A stretch of DNA of 55,573 nt, filler included, from Bipalium vagum (Eukaryota), in assembly GCA_037834085.1 (NCBI GenBank). It is 3 parts of 3 records of this genome, joined end to end, with 100 filler letters (N's around TTAATTAATTAA, not from the genome) between each part and the next. Parts side by side here need not be neighbours in the genome. Positions count along the whole stretch, not along the records: positions 20,038 to 39,482 come from JBBMKC010000010.1; positions 39,583 to 55,573 come from JBBMKC010134028.1; 1 more part is not named here. The stretch is one strand, 5' to 3'. The notes under the pieces were generated by a model, which made no database searches, was not told the origin of the DNA, and worked only from the letters and a program-made list of their open reading frames with translations. Both the position numbers and the translations under genes were made by a program. Of this stretch, positions 38,471-52,565 are shown piece after piece (position 1 is the stretch's first letter; every line of letters begins with the position of its first letter).

Positions 38471-38742
38471 AACATATGGAAGATGGGTGTTTGAAAGACA
38501 CTGATTTATACCACTTTCAGCAGGCACGTGTTTAAGATCGTTATTTGTCTTACAGTAATTCAAAGGAATATTGTTTTGAGCTGCACAACCTTTCTGGAAA
38601 TATGGAAAGTGATTTGGAACTAGATATTGATGTTGGAAACAATTGAAATTGTTCACAAATGCCAACTGGTCATAGTTTTGAGGATTATTGTAGTAAGGTA
38701 AATTTCTGTTGAAGTTAATACTTGATCCATTCATGTTGTCAT
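38471..38742 (-). CDS. gli: Probable 5' coding exon of Gli (Asn/Gln/Tyr-rich)
   Basis: Acceptor ttattttcag| at 38743, ATG at 38734, open frame. Donor GTT|gtaatg gives the phase 0 needed by the 33087 acceptor. No homology motif is recognised. Confidence 0.55.
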
Positions 38743-39482
38743 CTGAAAATAATAATATTAGGCTTTGGAATTAAAATAAATGTTTAATGTACTTCACACT
38801 TATAATGGTTTCATAACAATATGAATGTCTTTAGCACAGATAATTATGGTACAATAAAGATCTTTAACATAATTAATTATTAAGCTTTAACTTATTACAG
38901 ACACTTCTAAAATTTTATCTCATCAAATCTCACCAGATAAACTAAGATTTTGCTTTTTGACTTTTAGAAGAATTTTGATTGAACGGTGATGAAGAAAAAT
39001 ATTTTTTTTTAAAAAGAAGTTATCTTTAATTATAAAAAATACTATTTACTCTCCAAGATAATTTTAGTGTAATTTTTGAAAAAATATTTTTATTTTTTTG
39101 AATTTAACAAGGTTCAGATAAAATGATTTCTATTGATTGTCACTCAAAAATTGTGCGGAACATTTTTTGTTATTTTTTGGCATTTTGCACATTAGTTGCT
39201 GGAGAAAAGTAACATTTTGAAATTAAAGAAATAATAAAAAATTTTCTTTAAAACACTAAAAGATTTATAATAATCATGGCTCGGATTAATATGAATTTTC
39301 ATATTTCTTAAGTTCCGGTCATAAAGAAAAGTTTAGAAATTACTATTTTAATTTCAAAGGTAAATTTTTTAATTTTAAAGTCCTATTACAGATTATTTAA
39401 AGAATAATTAATTGTCAACAATAAATTTAAAATCATTTAAAGGATATGATTAACAAATTTGGCATGGAAATATTTTGTACTG

Positions 39483-39582
39483 NNNNNNNNNNNNNNNNNN
39501 NNNNNNNNNNNNNNNNNNNNNNNNNNTTAATTAATTAANNNNNNNNNNNNNNNNNNNNNNNNNNNNNNNNNNNNNNNNNNNN
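39483..39582. other. Assembly gap with artificial TTAATTAATTAA linker
   Basis: 44 N + linker + 44 N. Confidence 0.95.
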
Positions 39583-40079
39583 TTCCAATAATAAATCAAT
39601 TTCTTATTAAGATTCTTATTAATAATTTTCTTAATAATATTAATAAGAAGTTATTATTATCCATCCCTAATTATAATCCAATTTGTATACAGATCAAGGC
39701 CTTAGTCAGTTTGTATTACTCATAATACTTTAACTAGTTTAAATTAGCTTGTTAAACTTATTACTTTAAAATAATGTTTTTTTCATTTAAAATCTCAAAT
39801 CTAAACTAAAATCTGAAAACTAAACTTCATCAATAGACCACATAACCAACTCAATGTTGTAGACAAGATTGTAGACTCCTTACATCGGTACAATTTAAAA
39901 AGCTATCAAAATCGAATAAACTACCTGATTCCAAATGAAAATAAATAATAAAGCATATTCCACTCTATAGAAACATATATGATCATTATATATTTCCAAA
40001 CATAAATAATAAGAAACACTTTAGTCGAATCACTAGTAGAATTCAACCATATTTTCATTTCACTTTTGTTGGGTTTTAG

Positions 40080-40770
40080 AAAGAATGGTGTGGGAGTTAA
40101 GTCTGTTACAACCGACAAATTTCTACACACCAAATCTTTATTGTGATCCTGATCCCGTCTCAGACTAGGATCTCTTTTTGGTGTTCGGCAATATCTCGCT
40201 ATTTGTCTCAAACTTTGGCAATTATACAATCTTTCACACCCTTTCTCATTATTTTCACTTTTCTATCTTTCTGGCATCCTTGATCAAAATTTAGCTGATC
40301 GTTTACTACTTCTGAGGTCACAAATGATTTTTGAATTTCCCTAATACTTATTTTGGCTCTCCTGGCTTTCTGCAGTAACTTATCCAATCCTTTATAATTT
40401 ACCAAACATACAGTTATTCTCAATGATAGCAATATTCCAATAAAAATTGATCCTCAATAATCTTTCTCACCATCTCATTCCACTACTCATTGGAAAAATG
40501 AAACTCAAAACTTTATTTGAAACGCATATTCACCAACCGACCCATCTGCTTTCTGTTTCCCTTGATGAACATCTATCCATTCACGTTTTTGATATCTCTA
40601 AATATCAGGTTTCTTGTCAGTGCGATCGAGCTGAGGTACCGGTAATCTCCCGGCACTCCATTAGTAAATACGAAAAAAAGAGATAGTGACGCTTCATTAT
40701 TGAGAGATGAGAAAGAATTATTATTTAGTTATCTCAGTTGAATGAATTCAAAATGAGCTGTTGTGACATC
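40080..40770 (-). mobile_element. LTR retrotransposon gag relic with degenerate CCHC knuckle
   Basis: YNCQSLRQIARYC (cf. CYNCxxxGHIARxC), upstream LDKLLQKARRAK, and a TGTCACA LTR-like start at ~40768. Confidence 0.6.
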
Positions 40771-43521
40771 ATATTCCATTTTCCATGAACTGATAACTGC
40801 AGAATCAAACATTTTATTTTATCATAGTATTTCTCTCTAACAATGATTGATGCATTTCACCGTGTTAGGCAAATAATTTTCTCCCTGCACATCACAATTC
40901 TTATCCTTTCATTTTAAAATTCAGCAGTAAATATGGGTATTATAAATAAATAAATGAAATCAATAAAATGGTGTCTGCTGATAACGATTGTAACAGATAC
41001 AACCCACACAAACTCCTTTCTGAAACAAATATACTGATAATAAATATAATGTACAAAGCTTTTAAATTTAATAAGTAATAAATTGGACACAATCGAATGG
41101 TATCAAGATATCGGCAATATTTTTTACAATTTTGAGTGTGCTAAATGCGGATCAACAATGCTTTTCATGAAATCCAAAAACACTTTCAAATATGGAAAAA
41201 AGAAGAGCAAAATTTATAGTACAACATCTAATTCATAATAGTGACAAAGAGAAGAGAAAGGAAACTATCATTCTCTTTAATAAATGAAACCTACTCGCAT
41301 CATTTGAGCACATTTATATGTGACAAAAGATCATAACATACACAAATTCCAAAATAATGACCGAATAATTAAATTAGACGGAATCAGTCATTGAAGATGT
41401 TATCGATATAGTAAAGTTTTAGTGTTGCAGCTTTTGGACTATTGGAATCTAATTGTTTGTTCAAAATGGAGCAGATTTAGTGACAAACTTAGAGCCAGAC
41501 TGAGAAAAAAATCATAAAAAAGAATAAATGATTTAAATATGTGAATTATGAGATTTAATGAAGGTCTGGTAACGCATGTACAGATGATAATATCATTCAG
41601 AGGGCAACAAAACTAAAGATTATACACCATAAATAAAATGTTTTCGATCGAAGCACTTTCTTAAACCGTCATAGAAAGATAGATATTGTAAAAAGATACG
41701 TCAACCAATCTCTGACTGTATACGAAATTAAAAACCCAGTTACCATTTTTCTCTTTAGAGCATGATTTATTCTTAACTTAAATATTTCTGTGGAAAGGTC
41801 TATATGATAATATAAACATGGTAAATTGTTTAAGCAAAAATTCGTGTCATAAATTAAGAGGTGAGAAGATTGTGAACAATTATTAATCGTTGAGTAGAAT
41901 ATGAAGCTGTTGAAAAATTGCAGAGTCAATAAAATTTTATCTTTTGAAATTAATTTTTTTTTATTACTTATAATTTTGAAGAAGTTTCAGGTTCGTCAAA
42001 GTCCTTTATTAACAAACTATCTGTCAAGGAATCTTAGTAATGTTCCATATTTAGTATGTCAATTTCAACCTCACTGAAACTCTTAAGTTGTGCAAAATAA
42101 CAGCAATCAGTAAAGCAAAAATTTGTATTTATATCACAATATCAATAACAAAATCGAAAAATGGATCACAAGAAATAATAACTGTTAAATTTTCAATGAA
42201 AAAGTAATCAAATAAAAGTTAAATAAAAAGAAATGAATAAAATAATTTAAATTTAAAAAGAAACAAAAACAATCTTAACAGTTATATTCATTTAAAATTC
42301 CCGACTATCACTTGAACCTTTAGAGTTGCTCAGAGATGCAAAACTTAAACACAATTCCAAACAAGAGGCAAAAATAATTATTTGTAAATTAATCTTCATT
42401 GCAATAAAATCTTTTTTTCGAATAACAATACTCCTCTTCTTTGATAAAAATATTCTTCATAACAAATAACAATTTGGAAATGTCTTTCTTAAAAGCTTTG
42501 GAGTGCTAAATTATGAGGAAATTCTTTTCTTTATTAACTGATCCTGGTTATTGTTATAGCAATGGGTGAGACTAATCCTTTTATTTATTGTTTATTTTTA
42601 TTGACATTTTCAAGACATTACAATACAAACTATTAAATACTAAAATTTAGTTTAAATATAACATTATGATAATTTATTAATATTCATTCAAAGTGGTTAA
42701 AACATTTGTACAATTCTTAATCACGTTAAAAATATTATTTTATTGGAACTTTGATAATAAAAAGTCAATAAATGTAGAACTCAGTTTTTCTTAAACAGTT
42801 AAAATTTGTAAAATCACTTGCAACTTGCAAAAACTCACAATGAGATTATACATTCAAAAATTACTCCCCGACAGAGAGAGATCAGTGAAAGTAAAGCTAA
42901 ATTATCGAATGATTAATGTTGCTTGATTACCGAATGAGTGACACGAATAACATACAACATTCAACAGAAATTTAACATTAAAAATTTGATTCGCAAATAG
43001 AAAATAATAACACTATATATATATTATATATATAAATGTATCACGGAAAGAGCTGATTGGATGGAAAATAATTGCAATAATAATAGTAATAATAATAAAA
43101 TCATAATAATAGTAATGAAGGTAACTACAACAGTATCAATAAAACATAAAACCAAAACATATACCACCATAAACAAATCGATAAATAAATAACATGAGAT
43201 CAAGGTACTAGAGAAATGAATATTGAAATTGATATTGAAATTGCTACAAGTGAAAAACTGAGCCAAAATTATCATTCCATCACAAGAACAAGGTTTTATT
43301 ATATCTCCACTACAAAAAACAAATATATCAAAACCAATTTCAATCAAATGCTCATTAACGTGAATAGTTGAAACAGAAGACTCTCTAGAGAAGTAATAAT
43401 GAAGCTTGTTGAAAATATTTCAAAAAATATCATTAGTAATAATAGTAATAATAATTATAGAACTCAAAAAGTGCACTAAATTGGTTTCTGAAAACAATAG
43501 AATAATTTTTCGTCAATTTTC

Positions 43522-43839
43522 TTATAATTTCAGTTCGCTATTGATTTTTGAAACGATATTTTTAAAGCCGATAGATGAACCAGAAATTCTTTTGAATCGC
43601 ACACCATGTAACGCTAATCGAGGCAATTTGCAGATTTCAATCTCCCATTGAGTTAAAGAACCATCGCACGTTGGTTCGATATAGCTACAAATTAAAAGAT
43701 ATGGTTCCTCTTGACGAAACGTGTACAGATTGAGATGAAGCACGTCGATTACGCGTTGAACAATTTCATCAGGATGAAGGGAACTAGTTGTCTTCATATT
43801 CCAAGTGAAACGCAAACTTCGAGGTTTGACTTTACTAGT
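43522..43839 (-). CDS. par-1: MARK/Par-1 kinase terminal exon, KA1 domain
   Basis: ctttaag|[20 protein letters not shown]...[42 protein letters not shown]. Confidence 0.97.
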   Translation of the reverse strand, partial: TSKVKPRSLRFTWNMKTTSSLHPDEIVQRVIDVLHLNLYTFRQEEPYLLICSYIEPTCDGSLTQWEIEICKLPRLALHGVRFKRISGSSIGFKNIVSKINSELKL

Positions 43840-44555
43840 CTTAAAGGTGTATTTTTAAAGAAAATTAATGAGTGAAAATCAATAAAAACCAATTTTCCTA
43901 TGGAAATTTTTTTAATAAAATTTGAAAGAAATTAGGAAAAGTAAGATAAGAAACAATTAAAAATCGATAATAAATAAAAAATACTTTGATAAATTATTTT
44001 GTAATCAATTAATTTAATTTTAAGAAAACATGTATTAAATATGTTGAAATTCGACATAATGTCCAACACGAGCAAGAGTTGTAAAGTTGTACCGGTAGTT
44101 ATACCGGAAAGATAATTTGAATTTTAATATCTTTAAAAAATCAATAAAATATTAAAATTGTGTTCAATTTGATAGAAGTTTTATTAAGAATTTCGAAATT
44201 AAACGTAAATCTTATTTTATTAAATCAATATCAATAGACATCAAATAATATTTTCCTGTTGCACCTTTTCAAATTAAATTTTATTATTAAATATTTCTAT
44301 CGATAAATGAAGCCGTTTAGTGGGGAAAAATAATTGATTACTAAAAAAAATCAACATTATTAATTCTTTTCAATCTCATAACATTAAGCTGCTTCAAAAA
44401 GATAAAATAATAATAATCGATCAAAATGGAATTTCTATTGAAATTTATGTTTTTTCGATGAAATGGATTATATTAATAATAAAATATTTTTATTAATAAT
44501 AAAAATGAAAGTAATTTCCCAGAAAGTAAAAACGAAGAAACTCATAAACATTTAC

Positions 44556-44712
44556 ATCCAATTGATTTTTATTGATGGAATTTCGTGAAACCACGGAATC
44601 TGAATTGCTGGAATCGTATTCTTTTTCTTTCGGATTTCCGTCTGTGTTCAAATTAGATTTAGGTGCCTTTTCTGTCGGTTCAAATTGACTGTGAGGACGA
44701 TTTCCGTGCTTA
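44556..44712 (-). CDS. par-1: MARK/Par-1 spacer exon
   Basis: tttttcag|T AAG CAC...GAT|gtaaat; phase 2 in, phase 0 out; a 50-nt intron lies upstream. Confidence 0.8.
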
Positions 44713-44762
44713 CTGAAAAACATAATTCAAACAAAAAAGAAATAAATATCTTTCTATCTTAC

Positions 44763-45077
44763 GCAGATTTTGTCATTTTTGAAGCCAACTTGGACAAGAA
44801 ATTCCCATGTGGCGTATTAACAGGACTGTTAAGACACGAAGGATCGATTTCGGTCATTTGAGTGGCAGCTATACTCTGGCCTATAGGCTTCGACGGATTG
44901 AGATTCGCATCACCCAAAGTGTGGATCGTGTTTCGTTCAAGAGTAAAACGTGAAAAGTTTGGATTAGTCGACGATTCATTGACCAGATTTCTCGATTCCG
45001 GATAATGTTTCCCGGTTTGTTCAGAATTATGAGCGAAATAATTTCCCTCAACCTCATTGTAATCTGTGCCTCCCGTT
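44763..45077 (-). CDS. par-1: MARK/Par-1 spacer exon with aPKC-site-like motif and amphipathic helix
   Basis: NFSRFTLERNTIHT (cf. FPR...RSTFH) and GNFLSKLASKMTKS (cf. FSKxTSK); ttcttag|...|gtaaga. The frame differs from the ORF-track call. Confidence 0.9.
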
Positions 45078-45729
45078 CTAAGAATAACATTTTGTAATCA
45101 TAGCATGCCAGCGAAACGAAAATTTTTTTATTTCCAAATTTCTAATAATTTATGAAATGAATTTTTCTTTTTTTTGTTACCCGAACAAATAACACAAATG
45201 TATAATAAACAGGAAACCTTAGAGAAAATTTAAAACAAAATAGTTATTGTCATTTGATCTAGAAAGTAAAACCGATCAATAATTTACTTATCAAAAAAAT
45301 ATAAATAGTTATCTCCCAATATTATTTAATTCTTGAAATTTGGTTTTCACATTTATCGATTTTTAATGTGGAAAACTCTACTTTTTTAAAAACATTTTTA
45401 AAATTTTTCTTATGTTTTTTGGCTATTTACAGTAATACTGTGGAATAAGAATACTAAAACAAGAATTTTAAAAATTATCTTTTTGGGCGTGATTTTTAAA
45501 ATGGACAAAATGGAAATCTAAAATAACTAATTTAAAAAAATTTCTTTTTAATTTTCTAATTTAAGGGTCATGTATCACTTTTAAAACATATATAATATAA
45601 AACTAAATTACGTTACCTGAATGTTTTTATTTTAATTTTTTTGTTTTTCTTGTTGAACTATCATATTATATTGTCCTATAAGAAGGACCTAATTCAAGGT
45701 CTTAATTCAAAACATTCAATACAAAATTT

Positions 45730-46862
45730 TTATTTTACATCATAAAATTACGAACTAAAATACAATTTAGTCTTCCTTGTTCTTAAAGAACTTACCATAC
45801 AAGAAATGGGCCATGACGCGGAACAAGTGGAAGTCTGATTCTGCAACATAGGGCGAGTACGGGGGATCTATCTAGTAGAAACACTTAAATTCCATCAATA
45901 TTTCTTAAAGTTTCCATTGATTTTTTTAGAAGTGAGATTTTGCTTTGTCCACTTGTATTAGACCTCTTTCGTTTGATTAAAGCAACATGATTTGTTTGTG
46001 AGAATCTTGTAAAGTCGATTCAATTGAACAGAATATATATCTGAATTAATGCTTTGAGTATCTGGAAGAATTCCAAAGAATAAAGTTCCGGTTTTGTTCC
46101 AGAAAATGGAAATCATGAATTTCTTTCCAAATCTATTTACTTAAGGCCTGCCATCACGTGGTTCATTTGTTGATAACTATAATAATTGTGTTGATTATTC
46201 GTAAAAATTCACTTTTCATCCATAACAACAATTCTTTGAAAAACTGCTTGTCTAATGGATTATTCAACAACTTTTTTTACTAATTTGAAGGCTTTTATCA
46301 ACTTGCGAATCTGTCAGTTGATGTGGATCTATTCGAAGAGATCTGTATTTTTCGTCAAGACGTCGAAGGTGCCGATGAATTGTAGATTTTGCATAGGTTA
46401 TTCGGGCTGATAATTTACGAGTTGATTGAGATAAATCTGAATATACACAATCCACTATATTATCGTCTTTGACGACCGAAGGTCCTTCAAAACCTTGTGT
46501 ACAATGGAGGCTGGTATCACCAGAATTTAATTTAGAAAACCAGTGCCTTGCTGTCCTCTCACTGAGCGTATCTGGGCCTTTATTTTCTACTATTAACCTG
46601 GTGGATTCAGTGACTGACATCTGTCTTTTCCAATAATGTAGGAGAACTGCACAAATTTCTATAATTTTTTAATTTCTTTAATTTTTAGTCATTTTAATTG
46701 AGCTCTAACAGGAATATTAAAAAAATATCCATAAGGTTAATAATACTTTTTTAATAACCAAGTTATGTAAATTTTCAAACACAAATCAATTATTATTACA
46801 ATAAGTTATTTAGCTTTTATGTGGATATATCAAAAACGGTTATTTTTATGTCACTTCATAAT
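45730..46862 (-). mobile_element. mariner relic in MARK intron (same strand as MARK)
   Basis: LSERTARHWF...STRKLS...STIHRHL...DPHQLT; MISIFWN; PPYSPYVAESDFHLFRVMAHFL. Ends are approximate. Confidence 0.88.
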
Positions 46863-48201
46863 ATTATAAAAGTAACACATCAAAATGTTTTTCGGAAATC
46901 ATTATACAAAAATTTTTTTAAAATTAAGCTGTATTGTGGTATGTAAGTTTATATTCAAACGGGCAAACATTATTTGAAAAATAAGTTATAGTAATATGTT
47001 AAATAACATAATTATGTATTTAGAAAACTCGAATATGGCTCTTACGCTTATTCAATTATATGCGTTATCGAAAAATAAGGAGTAAATGTTAGAGAAATTA
47101 AATGAATATTGGTCAATGTCAAGAAATGTCCAAACTCCGGAAAAATAATGAAAATCAAAGTAACATTTTTAATTGTTTTAGATTTCTTACAACATTACTT
47201 TTCCAAAAACACAAAAAATTCCTGTTTCAATCTTAAGTAATCAAAAAGACAAAAGATAAAAAAATGTCTAATAAATATTTCTGAAATTAAAATTTTTTTC
47301 GAATTTAAAACAAAACAAAATCGATAACTAATTTTTTATCGTTACAAATATTCAAAATAAATAATTTTAAGAAAATAAAGAACTCTCGTCAAATTTCTGA
47401 CATCGACACTATGGAACAATTGAGATCAAACAATTCATCATTCTTCAATAAAAATCGGAAAAATTTAATATATAAAATGTTTTTAAAATCGAAGAAATAA
47501 AATCAATAATGCAGTGTCTGTTCTTGTGTCTGAAAATCGAATGTATTTATAGCGAAAATATTGATAATAAAAATTTTATCATTAAAATAATTCAGAAAAA
47601 AAATAGAGGCTTAATTTTTTATTTTATTTTTAAACTTATAAACAATATTGATGAACCACTCAAATCAATTTTTGATTTGTAATTCTAAATTGGTCACAAA
47701 ATAACCTTTTAAAAATCTGAGACAGTGTCCAATAATTTTAATAAAAGTTGTGACATTTTCAAAGTTAAATATGCCTTATTATGATGAGATACATTTCAGA
47801 AAGATCATCATCACAACCATTAACAAATGCAAGTACAATTAATAACGATTTTAAATATAGTTCTCATCTGCAATAATGGAAGATATTTTAATTATGGACT
47901 ATTTTTTTTTACAGATTTCCATATCGAAATCATACAGTTCACAAGATATAATCAATGATATTATTATAATTGATTTTTTAATAAGGTTTAATTGAGAACT
48001 GTAGTCTTTAGTGATTAGATTAAAAATTTCAGACAATAAATCTCTTTTATTTGTGTAGGTATATTTATAATGCTCATTGAGCCGTATATTTTATATTGAG
48101 CAACAAGTAAAATACAAGGATAGAAATATAAATCGATAATCTTTATCGATGTGAAGAGTTACCTGAAAATTATAGGAAAAACAAAAAAAACTTAAATCAA
48201 C

Positions 48202-48264
48202 CTGAGTGAATGATATATTCGATCTGGTCTTGGAAATACACTGATGCTGGTGCCGTTTTCTTCT
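48202..48264 (-). CDS. par-1: Probable MARK/Par-1 63-nt symmetric exon
   Basis: tttttcgcag|A GAA GAA...CTC AG|gttgat; open frame (EENGTSISVFPRPDRIYHSL), phase 2/2. Confidence 0.6.
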
Positions 48265-48851
48265 CTGCGAAAAACACAAAATTACTCTCACCAATAAAAG
48301 TACAATTTTAAAGATTATGAATTTTGGAAAAATTATAAAACTCGAAAATCTTAACATAAAAATAATAGAAATTAATAACAATATAACTTTCAAAAAAATC
48401 AATAGTTTATTTCTAAGATTTAAAATCATAATTTATTGATTGATACTCTTCCATGTTCTATAAAAAATTCTATTGGTTGGAAGATAAGTTCGTACGCCTT
48501 TTAATAGTGGAAATCCAACAGTATTTTTTTCAAAAGATATTTTTTGAGTTATTGTTTAAATAATAACAGTTTTGTGCGAAAATTTAATTAACAATAATTC
48601 AGACGGGAAAATGTACCTTTTCGTGGAAACAGCTTCAGTAAAATGGCTTTACAATGGTTTTTAATCTTTAATCATATTTACAAAAGTAAATAAAAAATAT
48701 TTATGGTGAAATAATAAAGAAAATATAATATTAATCAATTTCAGTGCACCTTTAAAATATTCAACATTTTTTCATAAAAATCAATAAATTATAATTAAAT
48801 AGCAAAATATTTCCACTTTTAAATTTATTTAAACAAGGTTTTTCAAAATTT

Positions 48852-50037
48852 TATTAGGCATATTAGTATGATTCCGGATTTTTTAATATAAAATACATTT
48901 TTAGAAGTTTTATTTAATAATATTTAATGAAAATATTTTCCATTTACAGACATGACCATCTTTTGGGCAACGAATGGATTCCACGAAAAAAAAATTCTGG
49001 TTCTTTTGAAGAAATCCAACTATCAATCGATTGAAGGTCTTCATTGGAACTGAACCAATTTCCAGGAAGTGCCGATTGTATCGAGCTGAACAAATGGAAA
49101 TCCGAAGGAGCAATATCTGGTGAATGTGGCGGATGATGTAAGACTTTCCTTCTAAGTAATTATTTACAATAGAATGAACATGCGGTCTGCTGTTATCATG
49201 TATTAAAATTATCTTAACATGTCTATCCGCCAATTCTTATCTGTTCTCTTTCAGAGCTCGTTTCAAACGAATTAATTGGGATGGATAATGTTTACCAGTC
49301 AACGTTTCTGGTGTTTTTAATAATTCAAAATAAATCATACTTTTTTATATCACTAGATACACAGCATCACTTTAGACCCATGGATATTCTGTTTGGGCAT
49401 TGTGTACTCCAGGCCTCACCCAAGATGCTTTGCATTTTTGGTTGTCATATCGAGTCCATGTCTCTTCTTCTGTCACAATCCTATGCAAGAAACTTTTTCT
49501 TTGTGGCCTCTGAAGATAGATATCACAAATTGTAAATACCTAATCAATCTCTGTGGGACCTATTTCCCTTAATTTCTAATCATTTCCAGACTTCTCAGAC
49601 GTTTGAAAATGCATTCTTGGTTCACATTTCACACAATGAAAAGTTCGGTTTGCATTTGACATGGTTCTTCGTGTAGTAATTGTGCCAATTCTTCATCTTC
49701 ATTCCGGAATTGGCAAAATCATTCCTTGCATGTCTTTGTGGAAGGAGTATATTTTTCGTAAACTTCTACGAACAAGCGGTGTGTTTCTGAATAGGTTTTC
49801 AAGAGTAACGTGACATTACTTCCCGCAAATGACATTTATTTGGAACAAAATTATCCATTTAAATATTATTATTATTATTAATTATTATTAGTATTATTTA
49901 AATAAAGTTATGTTCTTATTGAATTGTTAATATATGATCTTACAAATAACATATGATACCAATTTAATTTATTCATTGAACCACAAATTTTAACTCCTTT
50001 TTGTACAAGTAACGGAATCATGGTAATACACCTAATA
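48852..50037 (-). mobile_element. Full-length mariner element with both TIRs, degenerate
   Basis: Left TIR tattaggcatattagtatgattccg versus right-end reverse complement tattaggtgtattaccatgattccg. Protein motifs include ILIHDNSRPH and a YSPD-like HSPDIAPSD. Confidence 0.9.
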
Positions 50038-50162
50038 AATATCTTTTTACTAATTTAATTTTTATATATATTAAAATTCACTAAATTGGGCTCCAACAAA
50101 ATTTATTAAAATGTAAGAATATTTTAAATGTTCAAATAAATCAAAGTTTCAAAGTTTCTCAC

Positions 50163-50408
50163 TTCTGTTCAGGATTCGATAATAATTCATTCAAAGTTAC
50201 ATCCACCTGTTCCGATATTTTATCGACTACCGTGGCATCAGATTTGTCGTTTACTGACGCGTTTTCCGGCCCAGCTGGTGGTGACAAGGGAGTACGATAA
50301 CTAATGACATTTTTCTTATATCGATGGGATTGTGTTTTTTCGTTGGTCGCTTCTCCCGGTGTTGAGATTGGTATTTTTTGACTAGTAATGATTTTTGGTT
50401 TTGTTCCA
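50163..50408 (-). CDS. par-1: MARK/Par-1 spacer exon
   Basis: ttttaacag|...CAG AA|gtgaga; 246 nt open, phase 2/2. Confidence 0.8.
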
Positions 50409-50474
50409 CTGTTAAAAACAAGAAAAAATCATTATCTTTGAGAGAGAGAAAATTAGACTAGACAATTATCAAAC

Positions 50475-50604
50475 CTTTTGTTCAATGGAGAACTTTCCGT
50501 TATTGTTACAACGGGCCCCGTCGTGGGCACAACTTGATTTTTAGATTTGTCCTTATTGTCTTGGGAGGTAATGTTTTCTGAATTAGGGTTGTTCAAAGTT
50601 ACAT
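50475..50604 (-). CDS. par-1: MARK/Par-1 spacer exon
   Basis: cctttttag|AT GTA...AAA AG|gtttga; phase 1 in, phase 2 out. Confidence 0.8.
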
Positions 50605-51765
50605 CTAAAAAGGTAAAAAGTCGGTCATGTCACATTCAAGAATAAAAAGAATTATCAAAGACAAATTAACAACATAAGAATCGACCAAGAATGATTTCAT
50701 GTCTGTAGAGATCTAAAATCTGATTTGAAAAATAATTATACAGAATTTTTTAGAGATACATAACAATTAGGAGAGAGTATGTCAATTTTAAAGCAGCAGG
50801 GGCAGTTTAAAATGATTTCTTTTAAAGATTTTCAAAGTTTCTTTGAAAAATCAGGTTTTATGAAACTCAACATTAAAGGAAAATATAAAAAATAGCTGTC
50901 AACAATCTTTTTGAAAATATACAAGGTGAATCCAATGGAAAATCTTTAGTAATGTTAATGAATACATAATTCGATTAAAACATTAAAAACTGTGAGCGTT
51001 AAATATTAAAAATAGTATACAGGAGCAAAAAACCAGTCTAAATATGCAAATTTCTTGTGGAAATGTGATAAAATCTAATTAAATGAAAGCGGAATTCCAA
51101 AATCGGAATGATCTAGATGAAAAGATTTTAAAAACTAAATTTCAACAATACTGGAAAGCAATATCAATAAAGTTAATCATTATAAAAATTAAAACATGAA
51201 AAATTAATAGGTAAAGATTACTTTTAATACCATGTTATCATTATTTGTCAAATAGAGAAAAATTGAATAATAATGATAATAAGTACTCAAATGCTTTGTA
51301 AAATTAAAACAATATTACTTTTACAAAACAATATAAGAAATCCAACAATAAGAAATCAATTACGGAAACATTATTAAATTGATTATTCCATTAGTGTTGT
51401 GATGGTATGATACGTTTTTTTCCTGATACACGATTTAATTAGTGTAATTTAAAAAATAAAGATCTATTTTGAATTTAATTAATAATTATTTTAAAACCAC
51501 AATATATTGATTTTCAATTTATTATTGACATCGTTCCATTTGAGGTTATTATGGAGGAGATATTTTAAAGATATTCCTTTTTATATAGATATTTCCTATC
51601 AATTGAGAACCTTTAAAAGATTAAAGATGCTTTTTTTCGAAAATAATAAATTTCTTTCATATATCACACACTTATCAAATTTCTTTCAATACCAAAAGTA
51701 CCTGTTTCTGACAAAGGTACAATTACTTGCACTCAACATATTGAGGACTGTCAATGTCGAAAAAG

Positions 51766-51766
<1 letters not shown>

Positions 51767-51798
<32 letters not shown>
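51767..51798. repeat. (CT)n microsatellite
   Basis: ctctct... run with one interruption. Confidence 0.9.
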
Positions 51799-51799
<1 letters not shown>

Positions 51800-52565
51800 A
51801 TGAGTTCATAAGTTGACTCACAATTTTCTGAGAACTTTTCAAAGAAAAGGATATTTGTTGTTTATTCAGCAGTAACATTACCCAAACACCTAAGGTGAAT
51901 TATTAGCAATTATTAAATATTTGAATCTACTATTCGCAACATAAGAAACATGTTTAAGGTTTCTGAGGTTGTCTTAGTTTGTCAAAATTCAAGATTGTTA
52001 AAGATTGAAATATAACAAATAATTTTTTTAAATGGCTGCAGTTTTTTGTCTGCTGACTCTTGTACTCATATTTATTTATTTTAATATGATTATGATTATT
52101 ATTCCCTTTAAGAGTACTGACTAAATAGATCAGAGCTTTATTTGCCAATAATGTTAAATGAAAATTGAAAAAATCCAATTCACATTGGCTTTCAAAACTT
52201 ATTGATTAATGTGTATAATATTCAAATTCTGAAAATGTACTTTCCACGATAGTTTTCACTGGAAATTGTCCCAGTAGCCCTCAGTCAACAACAATAATCA
52301 TTGGCAGACAAGAGTCAATTAATATTAATGAACGAAATTTATTTGAGGAAAGAAAGTATGAATCACATTTCTGTACGAGCGCAATAAATAAATGACGTCA
52401 ACACTGAAATAATAAATCAATAATATAAATAAATAATCAACTGCTATTCTCAATGATTTTATGTTTCGTAAATTATTAAAAAAATTATTTAAATTTTATA
52501 AAAATAATAAAAGATTTTGCAGTGAAGCGTCGTGTTAAATTTCTATCAATAACAATAATGTTTAC

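Noticed and set aside
41120-41660. Possible Merlin/IS1016-like transposase relic (CAKCGS)
   Set aside because: Too degenerate to support catalytic motifs or TIRs.
43024-43347. Hydrophobic 107-aa ORF downstream of the MARK stop
   Set aside because: T-rich 3' UTR sequence with TTA repeats mimics membrane segments.
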